Below the pieces are notes generated by a model that was not told the origin of the DNA, did not search any database, and saw only the letters and a list, made by a program, of their open reading frames with translations. From the NCBI GenBank assembly GCA_046729895.1, contig JBKPHP010000056.1, positions 1 to 49,700 on the forward strand: a stretch of 49,700 nucleotides of DNA, written 5' to 3'. This stretch comes from Actinomycetota bacterium (lineage in GTDB: Bacteria; Actinomycetota; Thermoleophilia; Solirubrobacterales; Thermoleophilaceae). This document shows, piece after piece, positions 7,280 through 15,068 of the stretch. Position 1 is the first letter of the stretch; each line of letters starts with the position of its first letter. The position numbers were made by a program, and so were the translations under genes.

Positions 7280-7630
7280 CTAGTGGAAATCCGCCAGCGC
7301 CTGCTCCAGGTCGCCGACCACCGGCGCGGCCCGGCCGAAGTCGACGATGTCGAGCACTCGGGTCACCGGGCCGCCATCGGGGGACACGACCCGGAGTTGC
7401 TGCCGCCTGCGGCTGAGCCGACGCGCGAGGGCGAAGAGCATCGCGACGCCGCTCGAGTCGATGAAGTCGAGCCCGCTGAAGTCGACCACGAGCCCGCGGG
7501 CCGTGGTGGGCACCGCCTCGGCGATGGCGTCTCCTGTCCGCGAGGCGCCGGCGATGTCCAGCTCGCCGCGGACCTGTGCGACGACCACGCCGTCGCGGTC
7601 CTCGATCGCCAGGTCGACAAGCTCGGTCAT
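7280..7630 (-). CDS. STAS-domain anti-sigma-factor antagonist (SpoIIAA/RsbV-like)
   Basis: 116 aa. LDFIDSSGVAMLFAL contains the conserved phosphorylatable Ser context (DSSG). The start overlaps the upstream stop by 4 bp (ATGA). Confidence 0.9.
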   Translation of the reverse strand: MTELVDLAIEDRDGVVVAQVRGELDIAGASRTGDAIAEAVPTTARGLVVDFSGLDFIDSSGVAMLFALARRLSRRRQQLRVVSPDGGPVTRVLDIVDFGRAAPVVGDLEQALADFH

Positions 7631-10182
7631 GAGCTCTCCTCGCTGCCGTCGCCGTTCAGGGTCCGCCGCAGCAGGACGGTGGTGCCCTCGCTGCTAGGGG
7701 TGACCTCGACGGAGTCCATCAGGGCCCGCATCAGCGACAGGCCTCGCCCCTGGTCGCCCTCGCGCGGCGGTCGCCAGGCGCCGAAGTCGCGGATGGTGAT
7801 CGCCACCTGGTGGCCGTCGAGCTGCCCGTCGACCTCGAACGGGGTGTCGTCCCCGGCGCCGGCGTGCTCGATTGCGTTGTTGGCGGCCTCGCCGCAGGCG
7901 GTGGTGATCTCGGCTATCTCCTGATCCGTGCTCTCCGCGTGGCGGAGCCAGCGTTTCAGCAGGCTCCGCATGGAGGCGAGCGACTCGGGTTCGGGGGGCA
8001 GCGCGACGCTGAAGTGGTCCTCGATCGGCCGGTTCTGCAACGCCAGTAAAGCGACATCGTCGGGCGCGCCACCGCCGGGGACGAGCGTCGCCAGCAGGTG
8101 GTCGCAGAGCTGATCCGGCGTCGTCGGCGCCTCTCGCACCGCCTCGGCGAGTTCTGCCAACCCCTCGTCGATATGAACCCCCACCCGCTCCACGAGCCCG
8201 TCGGTGTACAAGATCACGGTCGCACCGGCCCCGACCTCCACCGAGTTCTCCTCGAAGCTCGGGAACGGAAGCACCCCCAGCGGCACCGAGCGGCCGCCCT
8301 GGAGGAACTGCGGCGGCCCGTCCTCCATCACGAGCAACGGGGGCAGGTGGCCGGCGTTCACCCAGCGGACGACTCCCTCGGCCGGGTCCAGGATGACATA
8401 GATCAGCGTGGCCATCTGGCTGTCCTCGAGCTCGGTCCAGACGAGGCGGTTGAGCTGCTGCACGGCGGTCGCGACATCGTGTCCCTCGAGCGCATAGGCG
8501 CGCAGGGCGCTCCGCAGGCGCCCCACCATCGAGGCGGCCGCGAGTCCCTTGCCCGCCACGTCTCCCATGACGAGGCCCACACGGCCGCCCTGGATCGGGA
8601 TCACGTCGTACCAGTCGCCTCCCACCTCGGCCTCCGCGGCCGCCGGCCGGTAGCGGGCCGCCACGCCGAGCCCGGGAAGCTGGGGCAGGCGCTCCGGCAG
8701 CAGGCTGCGCTGAAGCGTCTCCGCGATCCGGTGCTCGCGCTCGTAGAGCTGAACGTGGTCTATGGCCAGCGCGACCCGGTCCGCGGCCAGCCGCAGCAGG
8801 GCGAGGTCCTCGTCCGTCAACCTCCGGATGGCCGAGCCAACCTGGATCACGCCGGTGAGCCGGCCGCGGGCCAGGAGCGGCGCGCCGATCAGCGAGACCA
8901 GGCCCATTTCCCGTAGCGCCCGGTGGGGCAGCTCGTCAGCTCCAGGATCGTGGACGAGCCCCGGCCGTCGCTGCGCGGCGATGCGGCCCGCGAAGCCCTG
9001 ACCGAACGCGACGGCGCCGGGCGCATCTCTGCCGCTCGCGCCGATGCTCGAGGCGCCGACTACGAGCCGGTCGGAGTCTTCCTCAGTCAGAAAGACCGTC
9101 GCGGCCTCCGCCTCGAGCACGTCGCGAACCCTGGTTATCAGGTCCGGAAGGATGTCGTGCAGCGACTGGTGCCTGAGCGTGGCGTCCACCAGCTGTTGCA
9201 TTCCGCTGACCATCTGCGCCACGCGCTCCGCCTCCGCCCGCGCGGCCTGCTCGCGCAGCAAGGCGTCGCGCTCCTGCTGACGGCGCTCGCGCTCGCTCGT
9301 GTCACGAACGAAGGCCGAGATCACGACCTCGTCCCCCACGTCGACACGCGAAATGGTCTCCTCGGCCGGAAAGATGGAGCCGTCACGGCGCCGCAGCTCC
9401 GTGTCGACGGTGGTAACCATGACGGTCTCACCGCTGTCGACCAGTCGCTGCCGCCGCTCGTCGTGGCGGACCTTCTCCTTCTCGGGGAGGATCAGGTCGC
9501 GCACCCGCCGGCCGATCGCCTCGTGGGTCGCCCAGCCGAACATCCGCATCGCCGCATCGTTCCAGCGGATGACGGTCCCGTCGCCGGCGAACGCGATGAA
9601 GGCGTCTGGGGCGCTGTCCAGGATCAGGCGGGTGCGGGCCTCGCTGTCCTTGAGGGCCCGTTCGCGGCTGGCCGTCCGCACCGTCTGCTCCCCGACCCGG
9701 CTCAGCAGGTTCGAGATCAGCACCCCCGCCACCGTAGGCGTGCCGACGGCGAGCAGCCACCGGACCAGGGGGCTGGACGGGTCGTCGATGGCCAGCAGCA
9801 CTCCGTAGGCCACGCCGATGAAAGCGACGTGTCCGAGGGCCACCCGCAGGCCGAAGAAGTAGAACGCGAAGAGCACGATCCAGGAGTAGGTGATCGGATA
9901 GAGGGCCGTCGGCCCCGTGTAGTGGTTCGCGAAGGTGAGGATCAGCGTCCCCGCCGCGAGCGCGGCGTGGAGCTGCCACTCCGTGACGCGGTCCGCCCGC
10001 GCGTAGAACAGGACGGCGATCGCCAGCGCGATGCCCGCCAGTCCCACGAGCTTGGCGTCATCCACCATCTTGTCGTGGGGGAAGGCGAGTGTGGCGAGCC
10101 CGAGGGTCGCGCCGGCCGTGAACACATAGGCAAGCGAGCGCGCCTTGACGCGCTGGTCGAACAGCTCGGCCGTGCCGTTCAC
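7627..10182 (-). CDS. membrane sensor: multi-TM domain, PAS, GAF, PP2C (SpoIIE/RsbU-like) phosphatase and RsbW-like HATPase anti-sigma kinase domain in one protein
   Basis: Approximate layout: 5-6 hydrophobic helices (nt 9696-10146), PAS (nt 9295-9651; LILDSAPDAFIAFAGDGTVIRWNDAAMRMFGW), GAF (nt 8749-9201), PP2C (nt 8035-8721; GGDWYDV, GDVAGKG, NAGHLPP, LYTDGLVE) and HATPase (nt 7654-8016; EAANNAIEHA...GRGLSLM). I place the start at GTG 10182. The tracked ATG 10278 would overlap the upstream ORF. Confidence 0.85.
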   Translation of the reverse strand: MNGTAELFDQRVKARSLAYVFTAGATLGLATLAFPHDKMVDDAKLVGLAGIALAIAVLFYARADRVTEWQLHAALAAGTLILTFANHYTGPTALYPITYSWIVLFAFYFFGLRVALGHVAFIGVAYGVLLAIDDPSSPLVRWLLAVGTPTVAGVLISNLLSRVGEQTVRTASRERALKDSEARTRLILDSAPDAFIAFAGDGTVIRWNDAAMRMFGWATHEAIGRRVRDLILPEKEKVRHDERRQRLVDSGETVMVTTVDTELRRRDGSIFPAEETISRVDVGDEVVISAFVRDTSERERRQQERDALLREQAARAEAERVAQMVSGMQQLVDATLRHQSLHDILPDLITRVRDVLEAEAATVFLTEEDSDRLVVGASSIGASGRDAPGAVAFGQGFAGRIAAQRRPGLVHDPGADELPHRALREMGLVSLIGAPLLARGRLTGVIQVGSAIRRLTDEDLALLRLAADRVALAIDHVQLYEREHRIAETLQRSLLPERLPQLPGLGVAARYRPAAAEAEVGGDWYDVIPIQGGRVGLVMGDVAGKGLAAASMVGRLRSALRAYALEGHDVATAVQQLNRLVWTELEDSQMATLIYVILDPAEGVVRWVNAGHLPPLLVMEDGPPQFLQGGRSVPLGVLPFPSFEENSVEVGAGATVILYTDGLVERVGVHIDEGLAELAEAVREAPTTPDQLCDHLLATLVPGGGAPDDVALLALQNRPIEDHFSVALPPEPESLASMRSLLKRWLRHAESTDQEIAEITTACGEAANNAIEHAGAGDDTPFEVDGQLDGHQVAITIRDFGAWRPPREGDQGRGLSLMRALMDSVEVTPSSEGTTVLLRRTLNGDGSEESS

Positions 10183-10232
10183 GACGGCCAGATTATGGCG
10201 CGACCGGCCGGGGCCAGATTCTGGCGGACGCG

Positions 10233-10526
10233 TCAGGCCTCGCCGCGCGCGGAGAGGCGCGCCAGCGCCTCGTGGCACTCGGTCACGCGCCGCTTGACCG
10301 GGTCGTCATCCGCGCGGTCGTGCACGAGGTCCCAGGTCCGATCGGCCACCTGCCGAGCGGTCTCGGGCGTCGCCTGGCTGCAGAGCAGGTCCACAAGCTT
10401 CAGCTCGAAGCTCAACAGCTGCTCCTCCGGGTCGCCGGGTGGCATCTTCGGGAGCGGCTCGTCCGTCGCCTCGCGCCAGGCGTTGGCGGCGATAAGGAGC
10501 CGGTTGCGCAGCTCGGGCAGTTCCAC
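10233..10526 (-). CDS. hypothetical helical protein (97 aa), first gene of the partner-switching operon
   Basis: High GC3 and plausible acidic, helical composition (MELPELRNRLLIAANAWREATDE...). It is co-directional with the sensor gene and ends 50 nt upstream of it. I recognise no motif. Confidence 0.55.
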   Translation of the reverse strand: MELPELRNRLLIAANAWREATDEPLPKMPPGDPEEQLLSFELKLVDLLCSQATPETARQVADRTWDLVHDRADDDPVKRRVTECHEALARLSARGEA

Positions 10527-10581
10527 CCCGCCCAGGCTAGCCGGACAGGCACGCTCGGTAACGGCGGCCGCCTAGGCTCCA

Positions 10582-11262
10582 TTGCCAGTGCCACACCTTC
10601 ATCTGCTCAGGGTGTTCTGCGACGAGGACGGCAGCGGCGGCAACCCGCTGGCGGTCTTCCTGGACGGCGCCGAGGTGCCGGCAGGGGACAGACAGGCGGT
10701 CGCGGCCAACCTCGGCTTGAGCGAGACGGTGTTCGTGGAAGACGCCGCGCGGGGCGAGATCCGCATCTTCACCCCCACGGTGGAGCTGGGCTTCGCGGGC
10801 CACCCGTCCGTGGGAACGACGTGGCTGCTGGCGCGCGAGCGCGAGCCGGTCCAGACCCTACGCCCGCCTGCCGGCGAGCTCGTGGCGCGATACGAAGGCG
10901 AGAGCGCCTTCGTCACGGCGCTGCCACTGTGGGCCCCGCCGTTCGAGCACGAGCAGCTCGGCTCCCCGTCGCAGGTGGACGCGCTCGACGGCCCGCCCCG
11001 AGGCGGGGACGCCATCGGCGCCTGGGCGTGGCTCGACGAGGAGGCGGGGATCGTGCGCGCCCGCGTGTTCGCACCCCGCTACGGCGTCCCCGAGGACGAG
11101 GCCACGGGCTCACACGCGGTCAGGTTGTGCGCCCACCTCGGCCGCGCACTCGACATCCGCCAGGGAAGGGGCTCGCGGATAGCGGCGCGCCCGGCGAACG
11201 ACGGGGTCGAGATAGGCGGCCGGGTGGAGCTCGACGAGGTTCGCGACTACGCTCTCCGCTGA
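10582..11262 (+). CDS. PhzF-family isomerase/epimerase-like protein (short form)
   Basis: 226 aa. GNPLAVF, LSETVFV, FTPTVELGFAGHPSVGT and PEDEATGS match PhzF-family signatures. Confidence 0.8.
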   Translation: MPVPHLHLLRVFCDEDGSGGNPLAVFLDGAEVPAGDRQAVAANLGLSETVFVEDAARGEIRIFTPTVELGFAGHPSVGTTWLLAREREPVQTLRPPAGELVARYEGESAFVTALPLWAPPFEHEQLGSPSQVDALDGPPRGGDAIGAWAWLDEEAGIVRARVFAPRYGVPEDEATGSHAVRLCAHLGRALDIRQGRGSRIAARPANDGVEIGGRVELDEVRDYALR

Positions 11263-11301
11263 GTCCGCTCGGGCGGAGGCCGGCGCGGATATCGTTCGGA
11301 T

Positions 11302-11700
11302 ATGGCCCACGGTCAGCGACCGCTCGAGCTGATCCTTGCCCGCAACTTTCTCTCGAGCCTCTCGACGGCGGGGTTCCTCGTCGACGAGGGGGGGATGCTC
11401 GTCTTTTACAACGAGTCGGCAGGTGCGATGCTGGGGGTGAGCTTCGAGGACGCCGGCCTCATGGGCCCCGAAGAGTGGGGGACCGCGTTCGGTCCCTTCG
11501 ACGAGAAGGGCGAGCAGGTCCCGTTCGACGAGCTGCCGCTGACCATCGCCCTCCGCCATGGACGCCCCGCCCACTCACATTTCACGATCCGCTCGATGAA
11601 GGGCGTGGAGCACGAGATCGAGGCGAGCGCCCTGCCGATCCTCGCTAGCGAGGGCACCAGCGGCGCGATGGTCTTCTTCTGGCCCTTGGAGGCGTCGTGA
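11302..11700 (+). CDS. stand-alone PAS-domain protein
   Basis: 132 aa with a PAS-like core (FLVDEGGMLVFYNESAGAMLGVSFED...HEIEASALPI). Translationally coupled to the next gene. Confidence 0.7.
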   Translation: MAHGQRPLELILARNFLSSLSTAGFLVDEGGMLVFYNESAGAMLGVSFEDAGLMGPEEWGTAFGPFDEKGEQVPFDELPLTIALRHGRPAHSHFTIRSMKGVEHEIEASALPILASEGTSGAMVFFWPLEAS

Positions 11701-12605
11701 GGGTCAAGATCTGGGGCGCGCGTGGATCCGTCCCCTCGCCTGGCCCGGAGACGACCCGCTACGGGGGGAACACCTCGTGCGTGCAGGTAACCCTGTCGGA
11801 CGGGACGATCCTCGCGCTCGACGCGGGCACCGGTATCCGCAGCATGGGCCTGGCCCTGACGGAGGAGGGCACCCGCATCAACATCCTCCTGACCCACCTC
11901 CACCTCGACCACATCCAGGGTCTGATGTTCTTCGCGCCCGCCTTCCGGCCCACGTCGCAGATCGTGATCTGGGGGCCGGAGTCGCCCGAGGCGTCGCTGC
12001 GGGACCGGATCGCGCGCTACATCTCCGCGCCCCTCTCCCCAGTGGAGGTGCGGGAGCTGCCCTGTGACGTCTCCTTCCGGAGCGCGCCCCATACGGAGTG
12101 GCAGATAGGGCCGGCCACGATCAGAGCCGCGTCGGTCACGCACCGTGGCCCGACGCTCGGCTACCGCGTCACCGAGGGCGACACCTCCCTCTGCTACATC
12201 CCCGACCACGAGCCGGGCCTCGGCGTGCAGCTCGCAACCGACGATCCGGAGTGGCTATCGGGCTACGAGCTGGCCCGGGGCGCGACGTTGCTCTTTCACG
12301 ACTGCCAGTACGCGGACGACGAGTACCCCCATCACGTTGGCTGGGGGCACTGCCGCCTTTCGGACGCGCTCACCTTTGCCCGCCGTGTCGAGCCCGAGCG
12401 GGTGATGCTGTTCCACCACGACCCGTTGCACAGCGACGACTTCCTGGACTCCTTCCACGGCAGGGCCATCGGCGGATGGGAGGAGCTCGGCGGGCGGGCG
12501 GCCCAGATCGAGATGGCAAGCGAGCGGCGCGAGCTGGAGATCGAGGCGCCCCGCCGCGCTTCGGCGACGCCGCCGCGGGTCGCACCGGCGCCCCCACCCG
12601 CCTAG
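11697..12605 (+). CDS. MBL-fold metallo-hydrolase (PhnP/COG1235-like)
   Basis: 302 aa. N-terminal WGARGSVPSPG...YGGNTSCV, the metal motif THLHLDHIQG, and later HDCQY...HH...HHD. The GTG start overlaps the PAS gene stop (GTGA). Confidence 0.85.
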   Translation: MRVKIWGARGSVPSPGPETTRYGGNTSCVQVTLSDGTILALDAGTGIRSMGLALTEEGTRINILLTHLHLDHIQGLMFFAPAFRPTSQIVIWGPESPEASLRDRIARYISAPLSPVEVRELPCDVSFRSAPHTEWQIGPATIRAASVTHRGPTLGYRVTEGDTSLCYIPDHEPGLGVQLATDDPEWLSGYELARGATLLFHDCQYADDEYPHHVGWGHCRLSDALTFARRVEPERVMLFHHDPLHSDDFLDSFHGRAIGGWEELGGRAAQIEMASERRELEIEAPRRASATPPRVAPAPPPA

Positions 12606-12625
12606 GCCGCCCTCGCGGTCGCCCG

Positions 12626-13183
12626 TCAGCCGGAGTCCATGAAGGCGACCGCCAGGCCGAGTCCCGCCTCGCGGCGCGCCGTGGCGATGCGGCGGCCGGG
12701 CTGCACCGCGTCGCGGGGCTCACCCACCAGCCCGTGGAGCGTGGTGGCGGTGTGGTCGAGGTCTTCGACCAGAAACGAGATGCCCCACAGGCGGGCAGGT
12801 CCGTCGGGATCCGCGAGCAGCCGCGAACCGGCCGGGGCCTGGATGACCTCGAGTATCACCTCCCCCATGCGGAAGAAGGCCTGGCGCGGGGCGCCGGCCG
12901 GGGTGGGCTCCTCGCGCAGGCGCCGAAAGTCGACCCCGGCCTCGCGCAGCGCGGCGGTTGTGCGGTCGAGGTCGGGGCTGAAAGCCACAACGTGGTCGAT
13001 CGCCACGACGCCGTTGGGGTGGGCGGTGCCGCTCGCCGGCGGCCGCCGCGAGAGCACCGTCGGCAGGCCGTCGAGGTCGGTCGAGGCGAGCGTGCGCACG
13101 GACCAGGAGACGAGCCCGCGGCCCGCTCCCGGGCCGGCGAGCCGGACGCGGACCGAGCCCGCTTCCACGAGGCTGTCACGCAC
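12626..13183 (-). CDS. VOC (glyoxalase/bleomycin-resistance/dioxygenase, Glyoxalase_3-like) family protein; true N-terminus probably further upstream
   Basis: IDHVVAFSPDLDRTTAALREAGVDF...FFRMGEVILEVIQ is VOC-like. The first canonical start is GTG 13183, but protein-like sequence (TIDELVVAADPAAWECAGFA) continues in frame upstream to about 13240 without any ATG/GTG/TTG. Confidence 0.7.
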   Translation of the reverse strand: MRDSLVEAGSVRVRLAGPGAGRGLVSWSVRTLASTDLDGLPTVLSRRPPASGTAHPNGVVAIDHVVAFSPDLDRTTAALREAGVDFRRLREEPTPAGAPRQAFFRMGEVILEVIQAPAGSRLLADPDGPARLWGISFLVEDLDHTATTLHGLVGEPRDAVQPGRRIATARREAGLGLAVAFMDSG

Positions 13184-13265
13184 TGCAAAGCCGGCGCACT
13201 CCCAGGCGGCCGGGTCGGCTGCGACGACGAGCTCGTCGATGGTTGGTCGGACGCTGGCGGGGCGA

Positions 13266-14756
13266 CTACCCGCCGTCGTTCTTGCCCAAGGCTTCCACCG
13301 CGTCGGTCACCGGCGGAGGGGTCGAACGCCTCCGCTCGAGCGCCTGCTGGGGCACTGTCCGCTGGGCCGGAGCCTCATTACCGACCGGCCCGCCCTTCAG
13401 CGGAGTGACCGACGGCGGAGCCGCGGGAGCCCCGCGCCGGTGCGGAACGCCCTCCGCGTATGGCGACCGATGCTGCCCGTCCTGGCCGCGGCTACCGGGC
13501 ACCTCGGCCGGGCCGCGGCCGCTGCTCGCGCCGGGCGTGCCGTGCGCGCTGCGCCCGGACCCGTCCGGCTTGGCCTTGCTTCCGCCGGAATGTCCGTGAG
13601 CTCGCCGCTCGCCGTGGGCCGCGCCGTCCTCTGCGGAGGTGCCGCGGGAGGAATCCCGCGCGGCGGAATCCCTAGCGGAGGAACGCCTCGCGGCGGAGTG
13701 CGGAGCGCCTCGCTCTGATGCCGGCGCCGAGGACGGCGGCTTGCGGTTCGGCGCGGAGTGGTGATCCAGCGCCGCCTCGGTGGCCGCCACGCCCCCGACG
13801 CCGAGTGCCGCCACCAGCGCCACCTTGGCGAGCAAGGCGGCGCCAACCGGGGCCGCGGCGCCCGCTCCCGCCGCCGCCCCGATCGAGCCACCGCCAACGA
13901 CGGCGCCGCCCAGACCGCCCGCAGCGCCACCACCGCCGAGACCGCCCGCAGCGCCACCGCCACCTATCCCCGACGCCCCCAGCACGCTTGACTTGAGCCA
14001 CGCGGGCGGCGCGACGGGCAGCACCACGGCGAGCATCTGACGCTGGCGCTTGACCTGGTCCCTGTAGGCCCGGCAGCCGCTGCAGGAGCTCAGATGATGC
14101 CGGATGGCGCTGCGCCGCAGGGAGCCGCCGCTCAGGACCGCCAGCTGCTCGCGGATCTCCTCGCACGGGGTGGCGCGCGCGTTGCGACGGTCGATGAGCG
14201 AGCTGCGTGCGCGGTATACGAGCGCCTTCACCCGCGGCACCTCGCACTCCAACACCTTCGCGATCTCCGTATGGGAAAGGTCCGCGGTCTCGGCGAGCAG
14301 GAGCGCCGCCCTCTGGTCCGCCGGGAGCCCCTCGAGGTCCCGCAGGAGCTCGCGCAAGTCGGCGCGCTGCTCCACCTGCTCGGCGAGCCCTGTCGTGGCC
14401 GGCTCTCTCTCCACGTGCAGCTCGTCGTGCCGGGCCCGAAGCATCGAGAGACAGCGGTTACGGGCGATCGTGTAGAGCCACGGCTTGAGGCGTATATCCC
14501 GGTCCTGCTCGCGGAGCAGGTCCCCGTAGGCCGAGGCGAAGGTGTGCTGGACGGCATCCTCGGCTTCCTCCTGCGATCCGAGCATGTGGCGACAGAAGGA
14601 GATGATGCCCTTGCCGTAGCGCTCGAAGACGACCTCGAACGCCGCATCGCTGCCGCCGCGCACCTGCTCGACGAGCCGCCTGTCGCTGGCGAGAGCAAGG
14701 ATCCGCTTCGAGCGGCGAGGGACCCGGCTCCGCGCTGGGGGAGAAACGGTTCGCAC
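13266..14756 (-). CDS. ECF sigma-70 factor fused to a ZAS-type anti-sigma motif, one TM helix and a long low-complexity C-terminal domain
   Basis: 496 aa. Region 2 (EDAVQHTF...PWLYTIARNRCLSMLR), region 4 (LPADQRAALLLAETADLSHTEIAKVL...VKALVYRAR), then C198-x22-H221-x3-C225-x2-C228 (HHLSSCSGC), a Gly-rich linker, a hydrophobic helix at about aa 303-325, and about 170 aa rich in Ser/Arg/Gly/Pro/His. Confidence 0.85.
   Translation of the reverse strand: MRTVSPPARSRVPRRSKRILALASDRRLVEQVRGGSDAAFEVVFERYGKGIISFCRHMLGSQEEAEDAVQHTFASAYGDLLREQDRDIRLKPWLYTIARNRCLSMLRARHDELHVEREPATTGLAEQVEQRADLRELLRDLEGLPADQRAALLLAETADLSHTEIAKVLECEVPRVKALVYRARSSLIDRRNARATPCEEIREQLAVLSGGSLRRSAIRHHLSSCSGCRAYRDQVKRQRQMLAVVLPVAPPAWLKSSVLGASGIGGGGAAGGLGGGGAAGGLGGAVVGGGSIGAAAGAGAAAPVGAALLAKVALVAALGVGGVAATEAALDHHSAPNRKPPSSAPASERGAPHSAARRSSARDSAARDSSRGTSAEDGAAHGERRAHGHSGGSKAKPDGSGRSAHGTPGASSGRGPAEVPGSRGQDGQHRSPYAEGVPHRRGAPAAPPSVTPLKGGPVGNEAPAQRTVPQQALERRRSTPPPVTDAVEALGKNDGG
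13911..13964 (-). repeat. 2 x 27-nt tandem duplication inside the ECF gene
   Basis: cagaccgcccgcagcgccacc... (from 13911) and gagaccgcccgcagcgccacc... (from 13938) match at 20 of the first 21 nt. Each encodes GGGGAAGGL on the minus strand. Confidence 0.6.
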
Positions 14757-14762
14757 GCTGCA

Positions 14763-14791
14763 ACTCTTCTACCCAACGTAACAGCGGTCAA
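14763..14791 (-). promoter_or_regulatory. candidate sigma-70-type promoter giving a leaderless ECF transcript
   Basis: On the minus strand: TTGACC (14791-14786), a 17-nt spacer, then AAGAGT (14768-14763). Counting 7 nt on from the -10 hexamer lands on the G of the GTG start at 14756. No SD is present. Confidence 0.25.
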
Positions 14792-15011
14792 GACGCATCG
14801 CATCTGACATTCCAACGCGGACGAGCGTTCCAGGTTGGCGAAAACGATTTGAACTCGAGCCTCGGAACTCTCGAACCTGGGCCGCGGAGTCGCGTTTAGG
14901 GGCAAGGGACTTCGGTGACTGCGGGTCTGCGGAGGCCAAACTCAAGGCGCGGACTCGCCCGAGCCGGAGGGGCGGCGCAGGAGGCGCCGTCCGTGGGCCA
15001 ACAACGGCGGA

Positions 15012-15032
15012 GGGCCCCTGAGCGCGGGGCCC
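15012..15032 (-). terminator. weak hairpin downstream of the MBL-like gene
   Basis: gggcccc (15012-15018) pairs with ggggccc (15026-15032), with a 7-nt loop. It lies 37 nt after the stop at 15069. Confidence 0.25.
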
Positions 15033-15068
15033 TTCGTCGTCCCGGGGGCCCCTCGCAGATGCCTGCAG

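Noticed and set aside
8923-10575. 550-codon plus-strand ORF; other long shadow ORFs at 10272-11648, 12098-13408, 12639-13718, 33322-34491, 35246-36229, 36478-37683, 45833-46930 and 47977-49131
   Set aside because: All lie opposite or out of frame to genes with clear family motifs. All have the Arg/Gly/Pro/Ala-biased composition of non-coding frames in high-GC DNA.
14827-14880. GGAAC/GTTCC and CCAGGTT/AACCTGG repeats upstream of the ECF gene, considered as an ECF-type -35 (GGAAC) promoter or an RNA structure
   Set aside because: I found no convincing CGT-type -10 at 16-17 nt spacing. The repeat arms are not nested in a way that gives a simple hairpin. Left as unresolved rather than called.
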